From Herminiimonas fonticola (GTDB lineage Bacteria > Pseudomonadota > Gammaproteobacteria > Burkholderiales > Burkholderiaceae_D), in contig NZ_JBEBPO010000002.1 of NCBI RefSeq assembly GCF_040395855.1, positions 2,761 through 66,760 on the forward strand: a stretch of DNA of 64,000 bases. Direction: 5' to 3'. Made by a program: the position numbers and the translations under genes. Shown piece by piece: positions 35,380 to 44,458 of this stretch. The notes beneath the pieces were generated by a model that was given only the letters and a program-made list of their open reading frames with translations, ran no database searches and had not been told where the DNA came from. Every line of letters starts with the position of its first letter. Position 1 is the stretch's first letter.

Positions 35380-37329
35380 ATGTTTTCGAATAAATTATTT
35401 TCTCGCATATTGCTGGTCGCGGTATCGGCAGTATTGTTATTGCCGGCGGCACATGCGCAAAAACGGCCTAACGGTTTTGCCAGCGACGATGATGCCTTTC
35501 TGGCATTGCGCGATGCTTCGCGACGCAACGATGCCGCGCGCGCCAGCGACATTGCTGCGAATCTGGGTAATTACCCCATTCCATCCTACGTTGAATATTA
35601 CCAGCTGAAACCGCGTCTGAAGGATGCATCGGCAAGCGAGGTGCTGGCTTTCCTGAATCGCTACAGCGGTAGCGCCATTGCAGATCGCCTGCGCAACGAC
35701 TGGCTGCTCGAACTTGGCAAGCGGCGCGACTGGCTGACTTTCGATGAACAGTATCCGCAATTTCAGTTGAACGACGATACGCAATTGAAATGCTATGCCT
35801 TGATGTCGAAGGCATTAAAAGGCACCAGGGTAGCTGATGAAGCGCGCGCATTGCTGCATGTGCCCAAGGATTTTGGCGAAGGCTGCATGGCGCTGATTAC
35901 AACCCTGATGGAAACCAAACAGTTTGACGAGAATGATCTGTGGGCGCAGATCCGTCTCGCATCGGATACCGGTTCTACCGATTATGTACGCCGCTTTGTA
36001 CCGCTGACCGGCATCGAAGACGGTTCGCTGGTTGCCGCTATGGAAAAACCTGCGTCTATCGTGGCGCGCGGCGTCGGCTTTCGCCGTGTCCGGCACGAGG
36101 TGTATGTGATTGCATTGGGGCGTATCGCCAGAAGCAATCCGGCACAGGCTGCCGATACCCTGTCGAATAACACTTTGCTGTTGAGTAAAAAGCAGGAAGG
36201 ATTCGCCTGGGGACAGATCGCCTATCAGGCGTCGATGAAGCTGGCGCCGGAAGCAACGCAATACTGGCGCAAGGCCGGTAATGCGCCACTGTCGCTGGAA
36301 GCGCATCAATGGAAAATTCGTGCCGCCTTGCGCGCGGGCGACTGGAAACTGGTGAGTGAGGGCATAGAGGCGATGCCGGCATCCTTGCGAGATGATCCAG
36401 CATGGGTTTACTGGCGCGCGCGCGCCTTGCGTGAAGAGGGCAAGGTCGAGGCTGCGAATGCACGCTTCCAGTCGATTGCGCCGCAAACCAGTTTCTACGG
36501 CCAGCTGGCGCTGGAAGAGCTGGGCCAGAAAATCACGATTCCACCGCGTGCCCTGCCTGTCACTGAAGAGGAAATCGCACCAATGACGAGCAACGCCGGT
36601 TTCCGCCGGGCTCTCAAGTTCTTCGATCTGGATCTGCGCTTTGAAGGTTATCGCGAATGGAACTGGGAGTTGCGCAAGATGAATGACCGACAGTTGCTGG
36701 CGGCTGCCGAATTTGCGCGTCGCAGTGATGTACTGGATCGCATGGTCAATACATCAGATCGGACCAAAACCGAGTTCGATTTTACGCAACGTTTCCCTAC
36801 GCCGCATCGCGATATCATGCAGGCAACCACGCAGCGTCAGGGCATGGAAATGGCCTGGGTCTATGGCTTGATTCGCCAGGAATCGCGTTTCATCATGAAT
36901 GCGCGTTCGCATGTGGGCGCTTCGGGCTTGATGCAATTGATGCCGGCGACCGCAAGACATGTCGCCAAGAAAATAGGATTGAGCGATTTTTCGCCAGGCC
37001 GCGTCAATGAAATCGAAACCAATATTCTGCTTGGCACCAGCTATCTGAATATGGTGCTGAACGATCTGGAAGGCTCGCAAACGCTGGCGACTGCCGCCTA
37101 CAATGCGGGGCCTGGACGTCCACGCACCTGGCGCTCGACACTGGCGCAGCCAGTGGAAGGGGCGATCTTTGCCGAGTCGATTCCGTTTTCGGAAACCCGT
37201 GACTACGTGAAAAAAGTATTGTCGAATGCGACCTACTATGCCGCGATGTTTGAAGGCAAGCCGCAATCGCTGAAAGCACGTCTGGGCAATGTGGCGCCGG
37301 CTTCTTTCGTGCCGACGGATTTGCCGTGA
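35380..37329 (+). CDS. slt: Soluble lytic murein transglycosylase (Slt70-like)
   Basis: Signal peptide; 'IRQESRF', 'ASGLMQLMPATA', 'AAYNAGPG', 'ETRDYV'. Confidence 0.92.
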   Translation: MFSNKLFSRILLVAVSAVLLLPAAHAQKRPNGFASDDDAFLALRDASRRNDAARASDIAANLGNYPIPSYVEYYQLKPRLKDASASEVLAFLNRYSGSAIADRLRNDWLLELGKRRDWLTFDEQYPQFQLNDDTQLKCYALMSKALKGTRVADEARALLHVPKDFGEGCMALITTLMETKQFDENDLWAQIRLASDTGSTDYVRRFVPLTGIEDGSLVAAMEKPASIVARGVGFRRVRHEVYVIALGRIARSNPAQAADTLSNNTLLLSKKQEGFAWGQIAYQASMKLAPEATQYWRKAGNAPLSLEAHQWKIRAALRAGDWKLVSEGIEAMPASLRDDPAWVYWRARALREEGKVEAANARFQSIAPQTSFYGQLALEELGQKITIPPRALPVTEEEIAPMTSNAGFRRALKFFDLDLRFEGYREWNWELRKMNDRQLLAAAEFARRSDVLDRMVNTSDRTKTEFDFTQRFPTPHRDIMQATTQRQGMEMAWVYGLIRQESRFIMNARSHVGASGLMQLMPATARHVAKKIGLSDFSPGRVNEIETNILLGTSYLNMVLNDLEGSQTLATAAYNAGPGRPRTWRSTLAQPVEGAIFAESIPFSETRDYVKKVLSNATYYAAMFEGKPQSLKARLGNVAPASFVPTDLP

Positions 37330-37398
37330 TCAGCATGCGTTGATCGTCAGGCGCGTACGCGACGCTGAAACCATCCATATTTTCTCTTGACGGGATTT

Positions 37399-38112
37399 AT
37401 GCAAACTACAGAACTCGATCCAGCGCTGTCGCAAACACTCGACAATACCGGGAAAAACGGCTTGAAACTGGTCATCGCCAACAAGAATTACTCATCCTGG
37501 TCCATGCGCCCGTGGGTGGCGATGACGGCATTCAATATTCCATTCCAGGAAATTTCCCTGCTGCTTGATCGCTCGGATACCGCGCTGCAGATTGCGCATT
37601 ATTCGTCCGCCGGCCGGGTCCCCATCCTGCTCGCAGGTGAAACGACGATCTGGGATTCGCTGGCGATCTGTGAATATCTGGCAGAGCAGTTTCCGGAAAA
37701 GAAAATGTGGCCGGAAGATGTGGCGGCACGCGCACTGGCGCGTTCGATTTGTGCAGAAATGCATTCCGGCTTTACCGGTGTGCGCTCCGCGATGTGGATG
37801 AACATCCGCGCAAGGTTTCCCGGCAAGGGGCGCACGATAGACGCGCAGGCGGATATCGGCCGCATCAGCGAGATATGGGAAACCTGCCTTGCCTTGTCCG
37901 GCCCCAGCGAATTTCTGTTCGGTGAATTCTCGATCGCCGATGCGTATTTTGCACCGGTGGTCATGCGTTTTCGTACCTATGACGTTGTACTGGGCCCGGC
38001 GCTCGATGCCTACGTCGAACGGGTGGCGGCGCATCCGGCGGTGGCGCAATGGATCAGCGGTGCTCTGGCTGAAACCGCGCGTATTGCAAAATACGATGTC
38101 TATCCTGATTGA
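37399..38112 (+). CDS. Glutathione S-transferase family protein
   Basis: 'NKNYSSWSMRPW', 'GRVPIL', 'WDSLAICEYLAE', 'FSIADAYFAPV'. Confidence 0.9.
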   Translation: MQTTELDPALSQTLDNTGKNGLKLVIANKNYSSWSMRPWVAMTAFNIPFQEISLLLDRSDTALQIAHYSSAGRVPILLAGETTIWDSLAICEYLAEQFPEKKMWPEDVAARALARSICAEMHSGFTGVRSAMWMNIRARFPGKGRTIDAQADIGRISEIWETCLALSGPSEFLFGEFSIADAYFAPVVMRFRTYDVVLGPALDAYVERVAAHPAVAQWISGALAETARIAKYDVYPD

Positions 38113-38145
38113 TTCCCGATTGAGCCCGGATCGAATTCTGCTGAA

Positions 38146-39390
38146 ATGAAAACCTATATCGTAGGCGGCGCGGTGCGCGATGAATTGCTGGGTGTGGCGG
38201 TCAAGGATCGCGACTACGTGGTGGTTGGCGCAACGCCCGAACAAATGATCGCGCAGAACTATACGCCGGTCGGCAAGGACTTTCCGGTCTTCCTGCATCC
38301 GGTCACGCATGAAGAATATGCGCTGGCGCGCACCGAACGCAAGACGGCGCCCGGCTACAAGGGTTTCGTGTTTCATACCGATGCCGGCGTTACTCTGGAA
38401 GAGGATTTGATCCGGCGCGACCTGACGGTCAACGCAATGGCCAAGGATACCGATGGCAAAATCATTGACCCCTTCGGCGGCAGGCGCGATCTCGAACAAA
38501 AAATCTTTCGGCATGTATCGTCTGCATTTGCAGAAGATCCGGTGCGCATACTGCGCGTGGCACGCTTTGCCGCACGCTTTCCGCAATTTTCAGTGGCGGC
38601 AGAAACCAATGCATTGATGCAGGCGATGGTTGCCGCAGGCGAGGTCGATGCGCTGGTACCGGAACGTACCTGGCAGGAACTGGCGCGCGGTTTGATGGAA
38701 GTGCAACCGTCGCGCATGTTTGCGGTATTGCGCGATTGCGGTGCCCTGCAAAGAATGCTGCCGGAACTCGATGCCTTGTGGGGTGTGCCGCAGCCGGAAA
38801 AATATCATCCGGAAATCGATACCGGCGTGCACGTGATGATGGTGGTTGATTACGCGGCACAACACAAACTGGCATTGCCGATACGCTGTGCCGCACTATT
38901 GCATGATCTTGGCAAGGGCGTCACGCCGCCGGAAATGTGGCCGCGACATCACGGTCACGAGATGCAGAGTGCGAAGCTGGTAGAGGCGGTGTGCCAGCGC
39001 CTGAAGATTCCCAACGATTGCCGCGATCTGTCTGTCATGACGGCGCGTGAGCACGGCAATATCGGTCGCGCGCTGGAATTGCGCGCGGCAACCATCGTGA
39101 CGCTGTTCGAGCGTTGCGATGCCTTCCGCAAACCGCAACGTTTCATCGACATGTTGCAGGCGTCGGAGTGTGATCATCGCGGACGTACCGGCTTTGCAGA
39201 CAAACCGTTCCCGCAGAATGCGTATATGCAAAAGGCATTGGCTGCTGTGCAAACGGTCAATGGCGGCGAGATTGCAACTCTGATGCAGCAGCGCTGGCCG
39301 GATCAGCCTGCGCGTATTCCGGAGGCGATCCGCGAGGCGCGGGTGAAGGCGGTGGCGCTTGCCATCAATGAAGTGAAAACGTCCGACTAG
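38146..39390 (+). CDS. cca: Multifunctional CCA tRNA nucleotidyltransferase (with HD domain)
   Basis: 'YIVGGAVRD', 'DRDYVVVG', 'RRDLTVNAMA', 'EDPVRILR', 'LLHDLGKG'. Confidence 0.96.
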   Translation: MKTYIVGGAVRDELLGVAVKDRDYVVVGATPEQMIAQNYTPVGKDFPVFLHPVTHEEYALARTERKTAPGYKGFVFHTDAGVTLEEDLIRRDLTVNAMAKDTDGKIIDPFGGRRDLEQKIFRHVSSAFAEDPVRILRVARFAARFPQFSVAAETNALMQAMVAAGEVDALVPERTWQELARGLMEVQPSRMFAVLRDCGALQRMLPELDALWGVPQPEKYHPEIDTGVHVMMVVDYAAQHKLALPIRCAALLHDLGKGVTPPEMWPRHHGHEMQSAKLVEAVCQRLKIPNDCRDLSVMTAREHGNIGRALELRAATIVTLFERCDAFRKPQRFIDMLQASECDHRGRTGFADKPFPQNAYMQKALAAVQTVNGGEIATLMQQRWPDQPARIPEAIREARVKAVALAINEVKTSD

Positions 39391-39437
39391 TTGCCAGTTG
39401 TGTAGCAACTGCGCCGGTTTTTTCTGGCGTATAAGTT

Positions 39438-40571
39438 TTAACGTATGAAGCGCCCGTCTTTACTGATCATCGTCATTTCGACAAATTCACTGCCGGTGTG
39501 ATCGGCAGGCGCATAGCTGATCATCAGGCCGCCCAGATCGAATTTCTGGATAGAGTCCAGTGCACGCACGAAACCCTCGCGCGTCAGATTGCGGCCTGCG
39601 CGTTTCAAGCCCTCGACCAATACCTTGGCTGCGACAAAACCCTCCATCGCAGCGTACGACACGGTGGCATTGTTGGCCTTGGCAAGCGCCATGAACTCCT
39701 TGCCCAGACCGGTAGTCACCGAATTGGGCGCCGGTGTGATTTGCGACACGATCACGCCAGTGCCGGCAGGACCAAGCTCTTGCACGAACGACTGCGAAGA
39801 ATTGTTCGACAGCGTCATGATTTGCACCAGGCTGCCTTTGGCGCGGATTGCCTTGATGATTGCAATGGTATGGGCAGAAGAGCTGACGATGATCAAGGCG
39901 CTCGGATTCGCCTTGACGATGGCATTGGCAGTTACCTCATAATCCGGTTTGACGCGGGGAAAAGAGGCAACAATGGCTGGAATCATGTTGCGCTCATTCA
40001 TTGCGCTGACGAAACCCGCCAGTCCATCCTTGCCAAAGGAATCGTCTACGTGCAGCAGGCCTATGCTGGTGGAACCGATGGTGGCGAAATGCTCGACGCC
40101 TTTCCGTACTTCATCCTGATATTTTGCACGTACGTTGAACAGCAGCGGATTGACGGGCGCATGAAAAACCATCGCACCGGTACTGGGTGCGATCAGCGGG
40201 ATTTTATTGGCGGCCAGAATGGGGGCGATGGCTTCCGTGAGCGGTGTGCCGCGATTCTGGAACAGCGCAAACACGCGCTCCTTCTTGACCAGCAGCTCTG
40301 CATTCGCAGCGGCCAGCTTGGCATCGAACTTGTCGTCCAGTGTGAGCAACTCAATCTTGCGGCCATTGACGCCACCACGACTGTTGACGCTGGCGAGATA
40401 GGCGTTGGCGCCTTCATTCATTTCCTTTACCGGACCGGCGATGGTGCCGGTCAGGCCAACTGTCTGGCCTATCAAAATTCTGGTATCGGTCACGCCGTCA
40501 TCCGCATAAGCGGGGCAGAGAAAATTGACGAAAATCAGGCCGACAATCAACGTGCGCAAAGAATAGAACAT
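39438..40571 (-). CDS. Orphan ABC substrate-binding protein (LIV/PBP1 type)
   Basis: Signal peptide; 'GGVNGRKIELLTLDD', 'NVRAKYQDE', 'MEGFVAAKVLVEGL'. Confidence 0.85.
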   Translation of the reverse strand: MFYSLRTLIVGLIFVNFLCPAYADDGVTDTRILIGQTVGLTGTIAGPVKEMNEGANAYLASVNSRGGVNGRKIELLTLDDKFDAKLAAANAELLVKKERVFALFQNRGTPLTEAIAPILAANKIPLIAPSTGAMVFHAPVNPLLFNVRAKYQDEVRKGVEHFATIGSTSIGLLHVDDSFGKDGLAGFVSAMNERNMIPAIVASFPRVKPDYEVTANAIVKANPSALIIVSSSAHTIAIIKAIRAKGSLVQIMTLSNNSSQSFVQELGPAGTGVIVSQITPAPNSVTTGLGKEFMALAKANNATVSYAAMEGFVAAKVLVEGLKRAGRNLTREGFVRALDSIQKFDLGGLMISYAPADHTGSEFVEMTMISKDGRFIR

Positions 40572-40828
40572 GTGGTGCTCCCCTAAGGCGGCCGTGTGCG
40601 CATGGATGCGCTTGTCGGCTCATTATTTTGTGACGATCGCTCCAGCATGCCATAGACGCGTGGTCTGGCGACTGATTTTTCGATTATTGATAATTTAATA
40701 CGATATTTGTGTCGCTCGTTTCAACGGTGTACGAACACCGGAAGGCAGAGCGATGAAAGACGGAAAAATTGGGGAGGAAGGCAGGGGGAGCGTATTTTCG
40801 GATGGTGGCATGCACGCGCCGCTACGCA

Positions 40829-41113
40829 TCAGGTCATCGGCACATGGCGTCGGGTGGAAAGTGCATACAGGCGCAATTCATGGCGTGTCACGCGGCCATC
40901 GCGATTGGCATCGATTTTTTCAAAATTCTCTACCACGCGAAACATTTTGGCCGCTTTGGCTTGCGACTTGGTGATGCTTTCAATGCTGGAGGTACCTGCA
41001 CTCGGAGCGGAATATCGCGTCGCATCCAGATGTGTTTCTGTTGCCATGGATGGTTGTGAAAATGCAACATTGCCAAGCAGAGCCGTCATTAATACGATTG
41101 ATTTTATATTCAT
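40829..41113 (-). CDS. Small exported EF-hand protein
   Basis: Signal peptide and EF-hand loop 'DANRDGRVTRHE'; AGGGGA RBS upstream. Confidence 0.65.
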   Translation of the reverse strand: MNIKSIVLMTALLGNVAFSQPSMATETHLDATRYSAPSAGTSSIESITKSQAKAAKMFRVVENFEKIDANRDGRVTRHELRLYALSTRRHVPMT

Positions 41114-41349
41114 GATGTTTCCCCTGAGTAGCGCGGCCAGACAGGAATGCGCGCTGACTCGTATTGGAAAGCCATTCGCCAATGTGCACCAATGCATTTA
41201 CGCCTTGTTACATTTAGATGGGGTATTAGTTTCCTTCATAAGCATCAGTAAAAATCGTCGTTGGCGATGATGTCCCTGATGTGTAATCTGAAACGGCTGG
41301 TGGAAAAATTCCAGTCCGGACGCGGAAAAGGATGCAAAGAGGTATTGCC

Positions 41350-41424
41350 GTGGATTTACTTGATACGATTACTGCGGCATTGGTTGCCGCAGTGGTGATT
41401 GCTGCATTGATTTATCGTTTGTAG
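41350..41424 (+). CDS. Candidate 24-aa single-TM micropeptide (MDLLDTITAALVAAVVIAALIYRL)
   Basis: GAGGT RBS 6 nt before GTG; one hydrophobic helix ending in Arg; below the ORF-track cutoff. Confidence 0.4.
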   Translation: MDLLDTITAALVAAVVIAALIYRL

Positions 41425-41454
41425 CGCTACCGTCGTTCTTGCCTGCGCCCGTTT

Positions 41455-42087
41455 TTACAGTTTCGGGATATGCAGGGTCTTGCTGATCATTAATGTGCCG
41501 GACAAGACGAACAGCAAGGCGAATGGGTGCAGTTCCCACGGACCCAGCGTCCAGACGTCGCCGAAAATTGCTGAGCCTATGCGTCCCTGCGATGCCAGCC
41601 ATGCCAATATGCCGGTAATCAGCACGCTGGTTGGAATGGGCGTGCCTTCAAAATACGCCACCTTGTCGGCGCCTTCGGACAGCGCTTCTGCGGTGACGTT
41701 GTAACGTGCCAGACGGCTGACGCCGCAGCAGACGAAATAAATCATCGCCACCCAATCCCAGCCAGCCGTCAGACCGGCGGCGAAGCCCAGCGTGACAGGG
41801 GCGAGGCCGAATGAAATCACATCGGCGAGCGAATCCAGTTCGCGTCCCATTGCCGAATGCTGGCGCCGCCAGCGTGCAATCTTGCCGTCCAGTACATCGA
41901 ATATAAATGCGGCCGGAGCCATTGCCGCTGCCGCGTAAAAATGGGTAAGCGACTGGCTGTTCATATAGAGCATCGCGAAAAATACTGCCGCGACACCGCA
42001 GGCTGCGTTGCCGAGCGTAAAAAAATCAGCGAGGTGAAAGCCGCGCAACATGGAAAAGTGCTTGCGCGGTGCTTTGGGTGAAGGCAT
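41455..42087 (-). CDS. pssA: CDP-alcohol phosphatidyltransferase (phosphatidylserine synthase type)
   Basis: 'DVLDGKIARW..GRELDSLADVISFG', 'RLARYN', 'FEGTPIP'. Confidence 0.85.
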   Translation of the reverse strand: MPSPKAPRKHFSMLRGFHLADFFTLGNAACGVAAVFFAMLYMNSQSLTHFYAAAAMAPAAFIFDVLDGKIARWRRQHSAMGRELDSLADVISFGLAPVTLGFAAGLTAGWDWVAMIYFVCCGVSRLARYNVTAEALSEGADKVAYFEGTPIPTSVLITGILAWLASQGRIGSAIFGDVWTLGPWELHPFALLFVLSGTLMISKTLHIPKL

Positions 42088-42352
42088 TGCGTATCTCTTT
42101 GAAGTTTTTAAATAAATTCATGGCCGAATCGGCGGCAGGATCAGGGCTGCGGGCGCGATGGGCAATATTGGTTGGGCAAGTATGTCATTGAATCAAAAAA
42201 TTGTGCAGGGAAAATAGTCGCGCAGTCTGCCTCTGCATACAAGCTTGTTTTCATGTTCGGGATTGTGTAACTTGAATTTGCATAAGCCGGTTAGCGCACA
42301 TACAAGGCAGAGTTTGCGTTTTAGGCTGATATTTTTTACGCAGGAGAACAAC

Positions 42353-42799
42353 ATGTTATTTGTTCACAGTGCATTTTGTAAGGCATCGCAACGGGCGCTT
42401 GCCTTATCGATTTTTGCTGCCGTCCTGTCCCTGGGTTCGACTACTGTACTGGCAGCCGATACTGCTACCAGTACTTATCAGAAAGAGCGCGCCGCCTGCC
42501 TGAAAGGGCAAACCTATGAGGATCGAGCGACTTGTCTGAGGGAGGCTGGTGCCGCGCTTAACGACGCCAGACGTGGTCGTCTGAATGATAGTTCGACCTC
42601 GTATGAGCAAAACGCGCTCATGCGCTGCAATGCATTGCCGGCGGCAGATCGCGAGGATTGCGCACGTAGGGTGCGCGGCGAAGGCACGGTTTCGGGCAGC
42701 GTGGGAACTGGCGGCATTTATCGTGAAACCACCACGATCATTACTGCTCCGCAACCGGAACCTGCGCAATCTATGCCGGCACCAAGCCCGCGTTATTGA
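42353..42799 (+). CDS. Exported hypothetical protein with two C-x10-C pairs
   Basis: AGGAG RBS, signal peptide, 'CLKGQTYEDRATC' and 'CNALPAADREDC', Pro-rich tail. Confidence 0.7.
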   Translation: MLFVHSAFCKASQRALALSIFAAVLSLGSTTVLAADTATSTYQKERAACLKGQTYEDRATCLREAGAALNDARRGRLNDSSTSYEQNALMRCNALPAADREDCARRVRGEGTVSGSVGTGGIYRETTTIITAPQPEPAQSMPAPSPRY

Positions 42800-42895
42800 T
42801 CGGCAATCTGAGTCGTTGACGGCAGGTTGCGATGTCGACCTGCCGGAGCAGACGCGGGCTTCAAGCCTGGGCGCGTACCGTGCGTGACAGCGATT

Positions 42896-43597
42896 TTATT
42901 CGGCAATGAAATCGGCATATCCGCGCGCGCGCAGCTTGCACGCCGGACAATTGCCGCAGCCATAGCCCCAGTCGTGCAATTCGCCGCGTTCGCCGAGATA
43001 GCAGGTGTGTGTTCCTGTGCGTATCAGATCGAGCAAGGGCGTTCCGCCCAGATCCTGTGCCATTTTCCACGTAGCGGCCTTGTCTATCCACATCAACGGC
43101 GTTTCAATTTTCAGCGTTGTCGCCATGCCGAGATTGAGTGCGGTCTGCAATGCTTTCATCGTGTCGTCGCGACAATCCGGATAACCGGAAAAATCGGTTT
43201 CACACATGCCGCCTACCAGTACATTCAAGCCGCGACGATACGCCACGGTTGCGGCGACTGTCATGAAGAGCAAATTGCGGCCGGGTACGAAAGTATTGGG
43301 CAGGCCGTTTTCCAGCATCGCAATTTCGACATTGCTGGTCAGAGCGGTATCGGAAATTTTTGCGATGAGAGAAAGATCAATCATGTGATCTTCACCCAGT
43401 TTGCTATTCCATTCAGGTGAGAGAGTGCGTATTTTTTCCAGCAAAAATGGACGTACCGCCAATTCGATGGCATGGCGCTGGCCGTAGTCGAAGCCTATGG
43501 TTTCCACTCGCGCATAGTGCGTGAGTGCCCATGCCAGGCAGGTGGTGGAGTCTTGTCCGCCGCTGAAGAGTACCAGCGCGCTATCTGCAGAATTCAT
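42896..43597 (-). CDS. queC: 7-cyano-7-deazaguanine synthase
   Basis: '[11 protein letters not shown]', 'DYGQRH', 'TFVPGRN', 'YPDCR', 'CGNCPAC'. Confidence 0.96.
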   Translation of the reverse strand: MNSADSALVLFSGGQDSTTCLAWALTHYARVETIGFDYGQRHAIELAVRPFLLEKIRTLSPEWNSKLGEDHMIDLSLIAKISDTALTSNVEIAMLENGLPNTFVPGRNLLFMTVAATVAYRRGLNVLVGGMCETDFSGYPDCRDDTMKALQTALNLGMATTLKIETPLMWIDKAATWKMAQDLGGTPLLDLIRTGTHTCYLGERGELHDWGYGCGNCPACKLRARGYADFIAE

Positions 43598-43665
43598 CTG
43601 TTCCCTGACAATCAAAAATCGGTGGCCGCATTATATGCGTGGAAGCCCTTGCCTGACTCTGTGAC

Positions 43666-44421
43666 TCAGGATTGTGGAGTGATCTTGACGATGGTTTGTT
43701 CGATGAAATCGCCATCCGGTTCGGCAAAACGTATGCGCACCGGATACCATTCTTTGGCAGGTGCAAGCCAGATGTCGATTTTCTGGCCCTTGTCATTGCC
43801 TTTGACGAGCTTGCTGACCTTGATTGTTTTCAGGTTGCCCAAAGCGGTTTTGATGGTTTCCGATTTGCCGACCTTGAACGTCCACTGATCTGCATCTTTT
43901 TGTCCTGCGACCATCATGGAAATACTGACGCCTGTCTTGAATTTTGCCGGTGCGCTGCGTGCCATGGTTGCGAGTTGCCATACGACGCTGTTGCGATCCT
44001 GTTCACCGCCCTTGATGGGGTAGCTGGCTTCGGATGCACTAAAGGTGATGCTGCGGGTTTCGCGATTGAAGGTGGTGGTGGTCGGGGCCTTGCGCAGGCG
44101 TTTCTCGGTGGAGGTGAGAGGAGCGAGGCCGTAGGCATCGATAGCCCCTTCGCTTTTTGCTTCAAGAATTTTCCCCAGCAGCATGGCGCGCGTCTCGGTG
44201 CTGATCGAATAGTGGTCTTTATCCTGGCTCCAATGCAGGATGGAGGTTCCATTCAAGGACAGGCCGCTTTGATGTGCGTTGATGGTGTAGTTCAGATCGG
44301 CGGAGGCAGGCGGATTGGCGGTAAATTTTGCCGGCGCCTGTGCGAAAGCGGCGAGCGACGATGCGCTCGTCATGCCGGCAAGGATCAAGTTGAAAAAAAA
44401 TCGGGAGAAAAAACGGCTCAT
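43666..44421 (-). CDS. DUF3108-domain exported protein
   Basis: Signal peptide; 'SEGAIDAYGLAP', 'GGEQDRNS', 'DIWLAPAKEWYPVRIRF'. Confidence 0.75.
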   Translation of the reverse strand: MSRFFSRFFFNLILAGMTSASSLAAFAQAPAKFTANPPASADLNYTINAHQSGLSLNGTSILHWSQDKDHYSISTETRAMLLGKILEAKSEGAIDAYGLAPLTSTEKRLRKAPTTTTFNRETRSITFSASEASYPIKGGEQDRNSVVWQLATMARSAPAKFKTGVSISMMVAGQKDADQWTFKVGKSETIKTALGNLKTIKVSKLVKGNDKGQKIDIWLAPAKEWYPVRIRFAEPDGDFIEQTIVKITPQS

Positions 44422-44458
44422 TGAATCACCAAAATAATAAGTGGTTGAAAATATCAGA

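Noticed and set aside
40683-40701. Fur box in the AT-rich patch upstream of the binding-protein gene
   Set aside because: Only the TGATAAT core matches (about 10/19), with no dyad symmetry
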